Positions 53,474 through 62,891 are shown, numbered from the stretch's first letter. The stretch is 64,000 nt of DNA from an uncultured archaeon (GCA_964645535.1 CAZYCQ010000008.1:3013-67012), one strand, 5' to 3'. The notes: a model not told the origin generated them from the sequence alone. Program-made: numbers and translations.

Positions 53474-55927
53474 TGAATGAAAAAGGTTCAGAATCTCATT
53501 TTCCTTGATGAGCTTCCCATCAGCCACACCAACCTCCATAAGAGGGAGCAAGGAACTGATGAGGGTTTGGAAAGCTAATTGGTCTGTTTTTTGTCGAGGA
53601 GTTGTGAACAGAATCACATCAAAATCGCCTACTGTTTCAATGAAAATGACGGAATGCCAGAAGAAAATGGCATTTACGTTCTCCTTGGAATTACGTATTT
53701 CTTCGACAAGACCGTTGATGCTGGAGATAAAATGCTCTACAAGGATTGAAATGAGCTCTTGGTTTTTTTCTTTGATTGAAGATCGAAAAATGTATTCCCC
53801 CTTGTATTTAATGAAGAGGTCAGTACTCTTTTCATGCCCTTCTACTCCAAAAAGAGTGGGAGAAAATATCAATAGGTCTTCAGCACTCTTGCGTATTAAG
53901 GTATAAGGATCGGTAATGTTCTGAATTATCGAATAATTTGAATCTTTGAGAAAGAAATTGAGGATTTGTATGAAGTCATAATTTTTTCCGTTAAGGATAT
54001 GCCATTTGACCAAATCACGACATCCCTTGAAATTATCATCTGCACGACGTGTCTCACCAATTTTAAGATAGAAGAGTCCCTTGATGAATAGAACATAGGT
54101 ATGCAAAAGCTTCTGACCATATCTTAACGAGATGGTTTCCAAGATTTGTATTGCAGATTCAAGACGGGTACGCAGAAGAGAATATTCCCTGGTTTCTTGT
54201 TGAACTGTCCCTAGGGATTTAAACCACATACGGACAATGTTGAAATAATAGTTGATTAATGAAGGAAGTTCTCTTACGATTTTCTTTTTGAGGAGAATTG
54301 AAATATCAATATTCATTATTTCCATAAAGAATTTTTGTAGATTCTGTGTGTACTCTTGATAGTTTGTCTCAAACCACTTTCTTGAAGCCAATGCAACAGG
54401 TTGAGAACGGTCATTCACCAAAAGGGAATGGATTTTCACCCGCTTGGCCATATTTGCGTCCCAAAGTACATTGAGGATAAAGTTCAAATCAAATTTCGGA
54501 TAGTCTTGGCGGAATTCGTCAAGTGATTTGATCCTGATTGAGGGATTGAGGAACAAGATTGTTTCAATGAATTTGTCAATGTCAGGTGTTCTTTTAGAAG
54601 GTACAATGAGATTGAAGGTGAGATAGTGAAAGGGATCGATATTATCGGGGTGTTCAACAAGAAGGAAACGATTTGAAAGGTAAGGCAATTGTTGCAGACT
54701 TGCAATTCGGATCCATTCAGGAGTTCCTTTTTCAAGAATAAACACAATATCGGGAAAGGAGGGATGTTGACCCTTGGCACGAACCTTTTTCCCTGAAAGT
54801 TGACTGAATTCAGGGGAGACCGGGAGGGGATCGCCTAAACCAAAATATCGGTAAGAATAGGCCATCAGATCACGATCCAGATGTTCCTCGATTATGGAAC
54901 CTTGGTGGAATTCAAAATGTCTCAGAACATTTAGAGCAAAACAAATCAATCGTAAATCCTGTGTTTTGTTGATTTCTTTTGAAAGCAAGGTGAATGAAAA
55001 TTCGTCATGATGGAAATTAAGGATTCTTCCAGTTTCAAACCAGACATCCTCCAACCATTCGTCATCATCATAAATTTCCTTTACCAATTCTGAAAGGGCA
55101 ACCACGAATGTTCCCAACAATGTTGAAAGGTTCCGTTTTCCTCCTGCATTGAAACCAAATAATGTTAGACTTTCTTTGGAAATGGATATCGATTCATAGG
55201 GATGTTTGGGAGGGGGAATGAAATAGGGATTGGTGATGAAAAGCATCATCCAATTGAATTGAAAGAGGTTTTCAATTATGGGATCAATATCAGCCAAGCT
55301 TAATTGTTCCTGTTCAAGATAAGATAACCCTATTTGAAATTCCTTCGTGAAGCCCTGTGTAAGTTTGCTTTGATCAAACAGAAGAAGCCAGTCCAAAAGT
55401 TCTCCTGCTTTTATTTTCAATTGGGAGGTCAGCTCTTTTCTCCCAAAACAGTGATTGACCAATCCTTGAATGATGAGGAGGTATGCACAAAGAAGAAACT
55501 GAGAATGCGTTTCCAATTGATCGTGTAATTCTCCGATAGCAACATTCAATAGATCGACATAAACGATGTCATTTTGTTCCTTAAGGAGTTGATAGAGTAT
55601 TCTGCCCAAGGCAATTCGCCCCTCAATCAACCAATAGGTCTCTTCATTTCGAAAACTTCCCAAATCCATAATCGAAAATGCATGTAAGGATTCTGTCGAA
55701 GATATTTTGTACCCAAAGATTTTCTGGAAGTCAATTGAACAGGAGTCAATCAATTGCTCTAGATCTGCAAAAGAATAGTCGGATGTAGAGGATTTTTTTG
55801 AGGAACTAGACGAGTTGGGATAAGCTGAGGCAATCTGATTATTGAAGCACTTTTCATTAAAAAGTTGAAAATATTTATTGTCTTGTATCAATCCCACCAC
55901 ATAGGAAAGATTATCACAACCTATCAT
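53465..55927 (-). CDS. 820-aa protein: two tandem units of helical-repeat region plus longin/roadblock-like module (paralog of 56977..58431)
   Basis: Modules are centred on TLLGTFVVALSELVKEI...VWFETGRILNFHHDEFSFTLLS and on ILVEHFISSINGLVEEI...AIFFWHSVIFIETVGDFDVILFT. The helical regions resemble the 484-aa protein (RRADDNFKGCRDLVKWH vs ENAEGTFLAADQMKQWF). Confidence 0.6.
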   Translation of the reverse strand: MIGCDNLSYVVGLIQDNKYFQLFNEKCFNNQIASAYPNSSSSSKKSSTSDYSFADLEQLIDSCSIDFQKIFGYKISSTESLHAFSIMDLGSFRNEETYWLIEGRIALGRILYQLLKEQNDIVYVDLLNVAIGELHDQLETHSQFLLCAYLLIIQGLVNHCFGRKELTSQLKIKAGELLDWLLLFDQSKLTQGFTKEFQIGLSYLEQEQLSLADIDPIIENLFQFNWMMLFITNPYFIPPPKHPYESISISKESLTLFGFNAGGKRNLSTLLGTFVVALSELVKEIYDDDEWLEDVWFETGRILNFHHDEFSFTLLSKEINKTQDLRLICFALNVLRHFEFHQGSIIEEHLDRDLMAYSYRYFGLGDPLPVSPEFSQLSGKKVRAKGQHPSFPDIVFILEKGTPEWIRIASLQQLPYLSNRFLLVEHPDNIDPFHYLTFNLIVPSKRTPDIDKFIETILFLNPSIRIKSLDEFRQDYPKFDLNFILNVLWDANMAKRVKIHSLLVNDRSQPVALASRKWFETNYQEYTQNLQKFFMEIMNIDISILLKKKIVRELPSLINYYFNIVRMWFKSLGTVQQETREYSLLRTRLESAIQILETISLRYGQKLLHTYVLFIKGLFYLKIGETRRADDNFKGCRDLVKWHILNGKNYDFIQILNFFLKDSNYSIIQNITDPYTLIRKSAEDLLIFSPTLFGVEGHEKSTDLFIKYKGEYIFRSSIKEKNQELISILVEHFISSINGLVEEIRNSKENVNAIFFWHSVIFIETVGDFDVILFTTPRQKTDQLAFQTLISSLLPLMEVGVADGKLIKENEILNLFHSLY

Positions 55928-56163
55928 GATTTCTGATTAAATAAATTTATTCTACAACCGTATGGGGAATTTTTGATTTCCGATGCGTCCGATGGAACTT
56001 TTAGAAAACTGTTAAACGCAAATATAACCATCATTTCCGATGGAAATGTGGCAATGCAAATGACTTGAGAATTTGAGGGTAGAAATAGTATCTTTGCGCA
56101 ATTTGAACCCCCTTTCCGTTCAATATTTACTTGTTTCCTAAACTTATGAGTGAAATCATTCAT
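55924..56163 (-). CDS. possible small ORF (79 aa) bridging the lipase and the 820-aa gene
   Basis: It overlaps the lipase stop by 8 nt and the 820-aa start by 4 nt (ATGA). The composition is unremarkable, so this could instead be an intergenic or promoter region (AATAAATTTATTTAAT lies 9-24 nt upstream of ATG 55927). Confidence 0.25.
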   Translation of the reverse strand: MNDFTHKFRKQVNIERKGGSNCAKILFLPSNSQVICIATFPSEMMVIFAFNSFLKVPSDASEIKNSPYGCRINLFNQKS

Positions 56164-56941
56164 TCCTCATAATGTGATCAATGACTGAAATGTAGGTTTC
56201 AATCATATGCTCTTCAAAAGAAAGGGTGCTCAGAAACTTGATGGCAGATTCCAATGTTGATTCCAGTTTATCAAACCATTTAGGGTTTATAATGATCCTT
56301 TGATTGTTATCAAGCAAAACTTGTGTTAGGAGATGACGATAGCCAAACCCTTTGGGGGGGACTTGACCGATAATATCTTTGTCATTCAAGATGATGAAAC
56401 TTTCATCGATCTCTTTGGAGAATTTCCTTTTGAACCATCGGTTCCCAGTCCTAGGCATGCCAAAGGACCAGAATTTAATCGGCAACTGAAATCTTTGTTT
56501 AAGAGACATTGCCGCGATTGAGCCAATGCCACCTCCCATGGAATAGCCAATTACCTCAATTTCTGCAAGAGAAGGCCGTAATGCCTTCAGCTCCTCTATT
56601 TTTTGATAGATTTCAGCTTCAACAGATCGGAAGGCTTGAAAAAAACCGGCATGAACCTTTGGTCGAAAGAAAGGACATCGTTGATGTGGATAGGGAGTCA
56701 GAAGGATATTGATATTGGTGAGAAAATCCTGGGGAGAATCTGTTCCCCTGAAAACAACTAGGATGGATTTGGATCCTTCAGCGATATACCCTTGGATGTC
56801 GCTCTTTTTATTATCAAACACATGAAACAGCTCATATCCCAATGGTCGAATTCCTTCTTCAATCTGTTGTGGAGATGTTTTGAAAGCCAAAAGGCACAAC
56901 GATGCAAATTTTTTGGCAGAGGCTAAATCAAAGGAGTTCAT
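56156..56941 (-). CDS. class 3 (triacylglycerol-type) lipase family alpha/beta hydrolase
   Basis: ILVVFRGTDSPQDFLTNI, nucleophile elbow EVIGYSMGGGIGSIAA (GxSxG), and ILNDKDIIGQVPP (Asp region), as in Lipase_3 proteins. No signal peptide. Confidence 0.8.
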   Translation of the reverse strand: MNSFDLASAKKFASLCLLAFKTSPQQIEEGIRPLGYELFHVFDNKKSDIQGYIAEGSKSILVVFRGTDSPQDFLTNINILLTPYPHQRCPFFRPKVHAGFFQAFRSVEAEIYQKIEELKALRPSLAEIEVIGYSMGGGIGSIAAMSLKQRFQLPIKFWSFGMPRTGNRWFKRKFSKEIDESFIILNDKDIIGQVPPKGFGYRHLLTQVLLDNNQRIIINPKWFDKLESTLESAIKFLSTLSFEEHMIETYISVIDHIMRNE

Positions 56942-56976
56942 TGATTGAAAATATGCTTCCCTAAATATGAAGGTTT

Positions 56977-58431
56977 TCAGATACCAAAGTATGACTTTGC
57001 CAAGTCATTCAGTTCGTCAATCACTTCATTGGGGATATAATTATATGAGGTCACATCATATTTCTTGAAAACATCTACAGCCTTTGTGGAAAATTCCTTA
57101 AGGGCGACCTTATCCCGTATTTCCTTGTTCATTGTGAAAAGAATGAAGTTCAACTTTCTGACAGGGTAAACATAAATTGCACCTTTTTTGAAGTAGATTC
57201 GTTCTAAGCTCTCACTGTCACCAAATTCATTGACCAATGTCATCAGTGCATTGACGAAGTTCCCCAACAGTATTGGGAAATCCTGATTGGCAGATGAGAT
57301 ATTAGAACGGTAGTACAATGTCATCATGTTAGTTGTTATGATAATGGAATGTTGTAACCCTTCGGGGATAAGTTCATCAAGCCCAAAAAATGGTTCTTTT
57401 AACCAAACAAGTTCTTCAACGGGAATAGAAAGAAGTGCATCGAGTGCATAAAGAAAATCCTTTTCGGCCTCATCCATGTCAAGAATCTCATTTTCCAGCA
57501 AAGAAAGATAGAAGAAGCCGATGGTATCAAAAATATTCACGACGTCTATTTCTGAATCATTGTGCTGAAACCATTGTTTCATTTGATCTGCGGCAAGAAA
57601 TGTACCCTCTGCATTCTCACGGTCATGGATTGAATGGTAGATCAATGACCTGACATAAAGGGAAAACATCATGAGAATTTTTTGGTTGAAATACGTCCCA
57701 ATTATTTCAATCTGGTTCAGAGCATTGAAGATTGTGCTCAAGTAACGGGTTTCCTTATTAGGTTGGTATACACCATTTTGGTAAAGCACTTTTGCTGCAA
57801 GACCTATCATTGCCTTCAATCCATTGACATAATCAATCAAGAGGTTGGCCAATTTCCTTTTTTCCTTGACCTCATTGAGTCCAAGGGCAAGTTCAAGGAA
57901 ATTTGCATCAATTACCGTTTCAAGATATTCCTCCATTAATTGTTGATCCAAGGCATCTCTAACTCTTTGAACCTTGACACGTTGAGCCAAAAAATTCTCT
58001 ATCATTGTGGATCTGGAATATCGAAGGAGGTATTCATCATGCAATGATAAAAGATAGTTGCCAATTTGGGTGTCGGTATTATCAATCTCGAAGAAACCAT
58101 GAATTAGTTCATCTTCTTCCATATTCAGAATTGTGGGTTTGATGCCTTCGTCGACATTGATGAAATATCGATATCGATCAGGATATCGGGACTTGAGATG
58201 GGATAGAAAGACCATGGAATTTGCAATGAATTCATCCTCCCAATCTTTCAGATCAATCAAGACACAAAAGGAAGGGGTTTTGCCGACCAAAAAGGCTGCC
58301 TCATATCCAGAGGTGGTCGAATAAATCGGGAATTCATCAATTTTTGGAGCTTTTACAAGATCATGTACTTTCAAATGGATAATTGACAATCTTTCGATGA
58401 AGACACACCTTCCTTGAACCAATAAACACAT
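56977..58431 (-). CDS. 484-aa protein: N-terminal alpha/beta region, helical-repeat middle, C-terminal longin/roadblock-like module
   Basis: C-terminal module FPILLGNFVNALMTLVNEFGDSESLERIYFKKGAIYVYPVRKLNFILFTMNKE. The middle ~250 aa are predicted helical (TPR-like spacing). The start is uncertain (ATG 58431 or a downstream TTG). Confidence 0.6.
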   Translation of the reverse strand: MCLLVQGRCVFIERLSIIHLKVHDLVKAPKIDEFPIYSTTSGYEAAFLVGKTPSFCVLIDLKDWEDEFIANSMVFLSHLKSRYPDRYRYFINVDEGIKPTILNMEEDELIHGFFEIDNTDTQIGNYLLSLHDEYLLRYSRSTMIENFLAQRVKVQRVRDALDQQLMEEYLETVIDANFLELALGLNEVKEKRKLANLLIDYVNGLKAMIGLAAKVLYQNGVYQPNKETRYLSTIFNALNQIEIIGTYFNQKILMMFSLYVRSLIYHSIHDRENAEGTFLAADQMKQWFQHNDSEIDVVNIFDTIGFFYLSLLENEILDMDEAEKDFLYALDALLSIPVEELVWLKEPFFGLDELIPEGLQHSIIITTNMMTLYYRSNISSANQDFPILLGNFVNALMTLVNEFGDSESLERIYFKKGAIYVYPVRKLNFILFTMNKEIRDKVALKEFSTKAVDVFKKYDVTSYNYIPNEVIDELNDLAKSYFGI

Positions 58432-58463
58432 AGGTTTTATAATAAAAAACCTTTGTGGAAGCT

Positions 58464-59420
58464 TTATTTCAGATTGGCATCATTTCTTAAACCATCCATT
58501 AAGTTTCTGATATCTACATTACCACCGCTAAGTATCAAGCCGATACGGAGATTTGAATCAGCCTCAAGTTTATGGAGAGCTGCAAGAGAAACAGCACCGG
58601 ATGGTTCCACGACGAGTTTCATGCGTTCCCAAAGAAATTGCATCGCATCAATGATTTCTTTTTCCGAAACGGTGATGATGTCATCAACATATTTAGTTAT
58701 CAAGTCAAAGGTTAATGGAGAAAGACTTGTTCTCAACCCATCGGCGATTGTCTGTGGATTGGTTTGGGGGAGGAGTGTTCCTGATCGGAAAGAACGGTAG
58801 GCATCATCGGCCATCTTCGGCTCAGCACCAAATACTTGGGAAATAGTTCCAGAAAGTTTTGAATAGGCAGATGTACCACTTAAAAGACCCCCACCACCAA
58901 CAGGAGCGATAATTGCATCCAAATTTCCGACTTGTGAGACAAGTTCCATTGCAACAGTTCCTGCGCCCTGAATGACTTTGACATTGTCATATGGATGGAT
59001 AAACACATATCCGTGCTTATCGATTAACTGCTGACAGGTTTGTTCCCTTGCCTCCTGTGTAGGTTCACATTCGATGATGGTTCCACCGTATCCCCTAGTA
59101 GCATCTTTTTTTACTTGAGGGGCGTTGTTTGGCATGACAATTGTTGCTTTTATATTCAAAAGCTTACAAGCGAGGGCAACGGCTTGGGCATGGTTGCCGC
59201 TGGAATGGGTGATGACGCCCCTTTCCCGTTCTTCCTCAGTCAATTGAGAAATGGCATTGTATGCACCTCTGAACTTGAATGCACCCATACGCTGGAAATT
59301 CTCTGCCTTGACAAATACATTGTGTCCAGTTAATTGGTTTAGGGTTCGAGAGGTCATAACAGGAGTCTTATTTGCGATTCCCTCCAATCGTTGCATGGCC
59401 TTCGCAATCTCTTCTAGCAC
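58464..59420 (-). CDS. fold-type II PLP enzyme, threonine ammonia-lyase / serine racemase-like
   Basis: PLP-lysine context KAENFQRMGAFKFRGAYNA, SSGNHAQAVALA, and GGGGLLSG (phosphate loop). At 318 aa it has no regulatory ACT domain. Confidence 0.85.
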   Translation of the reverse strand: MLEEIAKAMQRLEGIANKTPVMTSRTLNQLTGHNVFVKAENFQRMGAFKFRGAYNAISQLTEEERERGVITHSSGNHAQAVALACKLLNIKATIVMPNNAPQVKKDATRGYGGTIIECEPTQEAREQTCQQLIDKHGYVFIHPYDNVKVIQGAGTVAMELVSQVGNLDAIIAPVGGGGLLSGTSAYSKLSGTISQVFGAEPKMADDAYRSFRSGTLLPQTNPQTIADGLRTSLSPLTFDLITKYVDDIITVSEKEIIDAMQFLWERMKLVVEPSGAVSLAALHKLEADSNLRIGLILSGGNVDIRNLMDGLRNDANLK

Positions 59421-59453
59421 AAAGGCATTCTCCCCAATGGATATTTATTCCTT

Positions 59454-60080
59454 TCATTTGCAGGTAGTCAGGAAAAGAGATTTTGGGAGGTAATAATTTG
59501 CCCATCCATGAGAGAGTGTCAGGGAAATTGGATCCAAAATTCCATTGGAACAGGTCTTGTATGAATAGGTAAAGAGAAGTGAAAGGTTAGCATCAACATC
59601 CGCAATGGTCGAATTGAAAAAAAGTGGAACAAGGTAATGGGTTTGATTGTATGATTCTTGCAGACTAAAATCATGGGTTTTCATCAATGCGGTATAGTTT
59701 TGAGTGGACAATGGCGATGATGAAAACTGTGAAGTCAGATTCAGTTTCTGGCCAAATCCAAGAAACTTTAAGAAGAAGGAGTCATTGATTTTCTCTGCAT
59801 CAAGAATAAAATCCTCATTCCCAGAGAATTTGTCATCATCTTCAAGATCTAATTGTACAAAAGAGGGGGTGACTTTTTCATTCATCAGGATAAATGGCAT
59901 TTTGAATACAAATGATGCGGGCGTACTCAATTCAATTCTGATGGCAACCTGTTCATGGTATTGCGGTCTGAAATTCAATAAAATCGAGGGAAGCGAAAGC
60001 ATGGCGACCAACAGAATGACGAAAAGTATTAACACGAGATACGGGCTTTTCAGTTTTTTCAGGGACATCCAACCAATCAA
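59454..60080 (-). CDS. N-terminally anchored hypothetical protein (208 aa)
   Basis: N-terminal TM YLVLILFVILLVAMLSLPSILL followed by a beta-rich hydrophilic domain. No motif recognised. Confidence 0.45.
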   Translation of the reverse strand: MIGWMSLKKLKSPYLVLILFVILLVAMLSLPSILLNFRPQYHEQVAIRIELSTPASFVFKMPFILMNEKVTPSFVQLDLEDDDKFSGNEDFILDAEKINDSFFLKFLGFGQKLNLTSQFSSSPLSTQNYTALMKTHDFSLQESYNQTHYLVPLFFNSTIADVDANLSLLFTYSYKTCSNGILDPISLTLSHGWANYYLPKSLFLTTCK

Positions 60081-60137
60081 CAGGTGTCAGCATTTGAATG
60101 CAGTGTTAGGGATTATGCGAGAGTTTACATAATTTGA

Positions 60138-60818
60138 ATGAAGAATCGGTATGTGTCACTTTCAGGTCTGGCAGATTTTTTTGGAATTCGGGACACAAGA
60201 TACGTGGAATTAGGAATCAAACCCAAATCATGTGGAGGGGGCGAAGAATTCAAATATTTTGCATTAATAGGTGATAAATTCCTTGACTTGGTTCTAATTG
60301 AAAAATTCGGGGAAAAAGGGATCCTGAATACTGGAAGAATTACGAAAAAAATAGCAACCATGGTAAATGCAAGCACATTGGGAAGGGTTGCAAGGAATTT
60401 AGGATTGCACGAATTAATGAAACCCCTTTCACCAAAACATAAGATACATAACAATGAACTAAAGGAAAGTGTTGAAGCCTTATTGGGGATCTGTTATTTG
60501 ATTAACGGGTACGCAAAAGGCTACACCATAGCACAAAAATTGATCGGTCTTCTTGAAAGAAATGCAGTGGAAAGCAATTTTAAGGGTAAAGCCAATGAAA
60601 TTCTACAAAAAAAAGGGAGTGCGCCTGCCAAATATGAAACCATTAGAATTGGAGGAAAGGATCATGAACCAATCTTCCGTTCAACAGCAATTGCCCGACT
60701 TGCGGAAGAGGATATCCGAATAGAAGGAGAACCGATGAAATCAAAGAAAGAAGCGGAACGGGATGCCGCAAAGAAGCTGTTTCATTCCTTAAGAGCCTTG
60801 TTCAGAAATGAGCCCTAG
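60138..60818 (+). CDS. RNase III-like protein with C-terminal double-stranded RNA-binding domain
   Basis: RNase III signature region EEFKYFALIGDKFLDLVL (cf. ERLEFLGDAVL) and ELKESVEALLGICYL (cf. aDtfEAliGAiyl). The C-terminal dsRBD is ANEILQKKGSAPAKYETIRIGGKDHEPIFRSTAI...GEPMKSKKEAERDAAKKLFHSL. Confidence 0.7.
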   Translation: MKNRYVSLSGLADFFGIRDTRYVELGIKPKSCGGGEEFKYFALIGDKFLDLVLIEKFGEKGILNTGRITKKIATMVNASTLGRVARNLGLHELMKPLSPKHKIHNNELKESVEALLGICYLINGYAKGYTIAQKLIGLLERNAVESNFKGKANEILQKKGSAPAKYETIRIGGKDHEPIFRSTAIARLAEEDIRIEGEPMKSKKEAERDAAKKLFHSLRALFRNEP

Positions 60819-62891
60819 CATCTTGAAAATGAAGGTGTAGACAAATGCGAGTTCCTTGAGATAGTCATATCTTCCAGAAGCACCGGCATGACCTGCACCC
60901 ATATTTGTCTTAAGTAACAGGGGATTGCTGTCAGTCTTTGTTGCTCTCAATTTTGCAGTCCATTTGGCAGGTTCCCAATAGTGAACTCTTGGATCATTCA
61001 ATCCGGCAGTGATAAGCATTGCAGGATATTCTTTCGGTTCGACATTATCATACGGAGAATAAGAGAGGATATATTCAAAGTATTCAGGATCATTGGGATT
61101 CCCCCATTCCTTGTATTCAAATGTTGTCAGGGGAATGGTCTCATCCAGCATGGTATTGACCACATCAACAAAAGGAACCCTTGCCACCACTACCTTGAAC
61201 AGATCAGGTCTCATGTTGACCACAGCCCCCATCAACAACCCTCCCGCACTACCACCCATGATGGCCAGCCGATCAGGGGATGTATACTTTTTCTTAATGA
61301 GATGTTCTGCAACTGCAATGAAGTCGGTAAAGGTATTTTTCTTTTTCTTGAGCTTGCCTTCAAGGTACCAAGGCTTGCCCATCTCGCCACCTCCACGGAT
61401 ATGGGCAATCGCGTAAACCATCCCCCGTTCAAGAAAACTGAGAATGGGAGAATTAAATCCAGGATCGATACTGTAACCGTATGAACCGTAGCCATAAAGT
61501 AAGGCGGGAGCGGATCCGTCAAGAGGGACATCCTTACGGTAAGCTATTGAGATAGGGATCTGAGTTCCATCTTCAGCAGTAGCGTAATCCCTTTTTGTCA
61601 CAAATTTGCTTGGGTCAAAACCCTTCACCTCCTCTTGCTTCCGGACAATTAGCTTCTGTTCAGAAACATCATAGTCGTAGGTTATTGGAGGAGTAATGGG
61701 TGAGGAAAAACGGAACCTGTAGTATTTGGTTTCGTAATTTGGATTGCTCCCGGATCCAAGGGCATAAATCTGTTCAGGAAGTTCAATATCATGAAATTCA
61801 CCCTTTCCAACATCAAAGATCGAGATTGCCATAAATCCCCCTTCTCTTTTGAATATTGCCAAGAAATCCTTGAATGCATCAATGCCCACAATTCGGACTG
61901 CGGGATCATGAGGAATAAACTCAGTCCAATTTGATCGATCAATGTTGTTGATGGGACATTTCATGATTTTGAAATTGATGGCATCCTCATTCGTCACAAT
62001 ATAGAAATTGTCTTCATGGTGGGTGATTGAATATTCCACACCCTCTGTCCTCGGAGCAAAAACAGTAAGGGCAGATTGTAAACCAAATCCGGCATCACCT
62101 TTGGGAACCAAGGGGGCAAACCAAGTCTCAGTGGTGTCAGATGAGATGCTTGAAACCATCAGATAACCCTTGCTTCTTGATTTGCCGAAAACAACGAAAT
62201 ATTCCTTGTCCGCCTCCTCATAGATCAATTGATCTTCTTCAACAGCCTTTCCCAATTCATGAAACTTGAGTGCGTAGGATCGATGGATATCATCCAATAT
62301 CGTGTAGAAGATGGCTTTGCCGTTGTTGTCCCATTCAATGGCTCCAGCAACTTCATTGATTTCAGTCAAAATTTTTCCCGTTTCAATATCCTTGATGAAA
62401 AGATCATAGGTTTCATATCCATTCGTGTCAATTGAATATGCCATCAGTTTATGGTCAGGGCTTATTTTCAGTGCCCCCAATCGAAAGTATTCATGACCTT
62501 CAGCATACTCGTTCTCATCAAAAATCACCTCTTCCGGAGATTCCATGGATCCCTTCCTTCTACAATGGATTGCATAGTTCAATCCCTCAACAGTTCGCAC
62601 ATAGTAGAAATAATCATCAATTTGAACGGGAACACTCATATCGGTTTCCTTGATTCGACCTTTCAGCTCCAAGTAGAGTTGCTCCTGAAAAGCTTCGGTG
62701 TCTTTCATGAATGCCTCGGTATATTCATTTTCAGCCTTGAGGTAGTTGATGACCTCTTCATTGTCTTTATCCCTTAACCAGAAATAGGGGTCCTCCAGTT
62801 TTCGCCCGTGAATCTCTATGACCTTAGGTTTTTTCGGGGCTATCGGAGGGGAGAGTTTTTTCCGTAACATAAGACGAGATCGACCATCCAT
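60789..62891 (-). CDS. S9A prolyl oligopeptidase family serine peptidase (oligopeptidase B-like)
   Basis: N-terminal beta-propeller region (DPYFWLRD). Catalytic Ser in LAIMGGSAGGLLMGAV, Asp in GLNDPRV, His in GAGHAGASGR. The start is ATG 62891 or ATG 62870. Confidence 0.9.
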   Translation of the reverse strand: MDGRSRLMLRKKLSPPIAPKKPKVIEIHGRKLEDPYFWLRDKDNEEVINYLKAENEYTEAFMKDTEAFQEQLYLELKGRIKETDMSVPVQIDDYFYYVRTVEGLNYAIHCRRKGSMESPEEVIFDENEYAEGHEYFRLGALKISPDHKLMAYSIDTNGYETYDLFIKDIETGKILTEINEVAGAIEWDNNGKAIFYTILDDIHRSYALKFHELGKAVEEDQLIYEEADKEYFVVFGKSRSKGYLMVSSISSDTTETWFAPLVPKGDAGFGLQSALTVFAPRTEGVEYSITHHEDNFYIVTNEDAINFKIMKCPINNIDRSNWTEFIPHDPAVRIVGIDAFKDFLAIFKREGGFMAISIFDVGKGEFHDIELPEQIYALGSGSNPNYETKYYRFRFSSPITPPITYDYDVSEQKLIVRKQEEVKGFDPSKFVTKRDYATAEDGTQIPISIAYRKDVPLDGSAPALLYGYGSYGYSIDPGFNSPILSFLERGMVYAIAHIRGGGEMGKPWYLEGKLKKKKNTFTDFIAVAEHLIKKKYTSPDRLAIMGGSAGGLLMGAVVNMRPDLFKVVVARVPFVDVVNTMLDETIPLTTFEYKEWGNPNDPEYFEYILSYSPYDNVEPKEYPAMLITAGLNDPRVHYWEPAKWTAKLRATKTDSNPLLLKTNMGAGHAGASGRYDYLKELAFVYTFIFKMLGLISEQGS

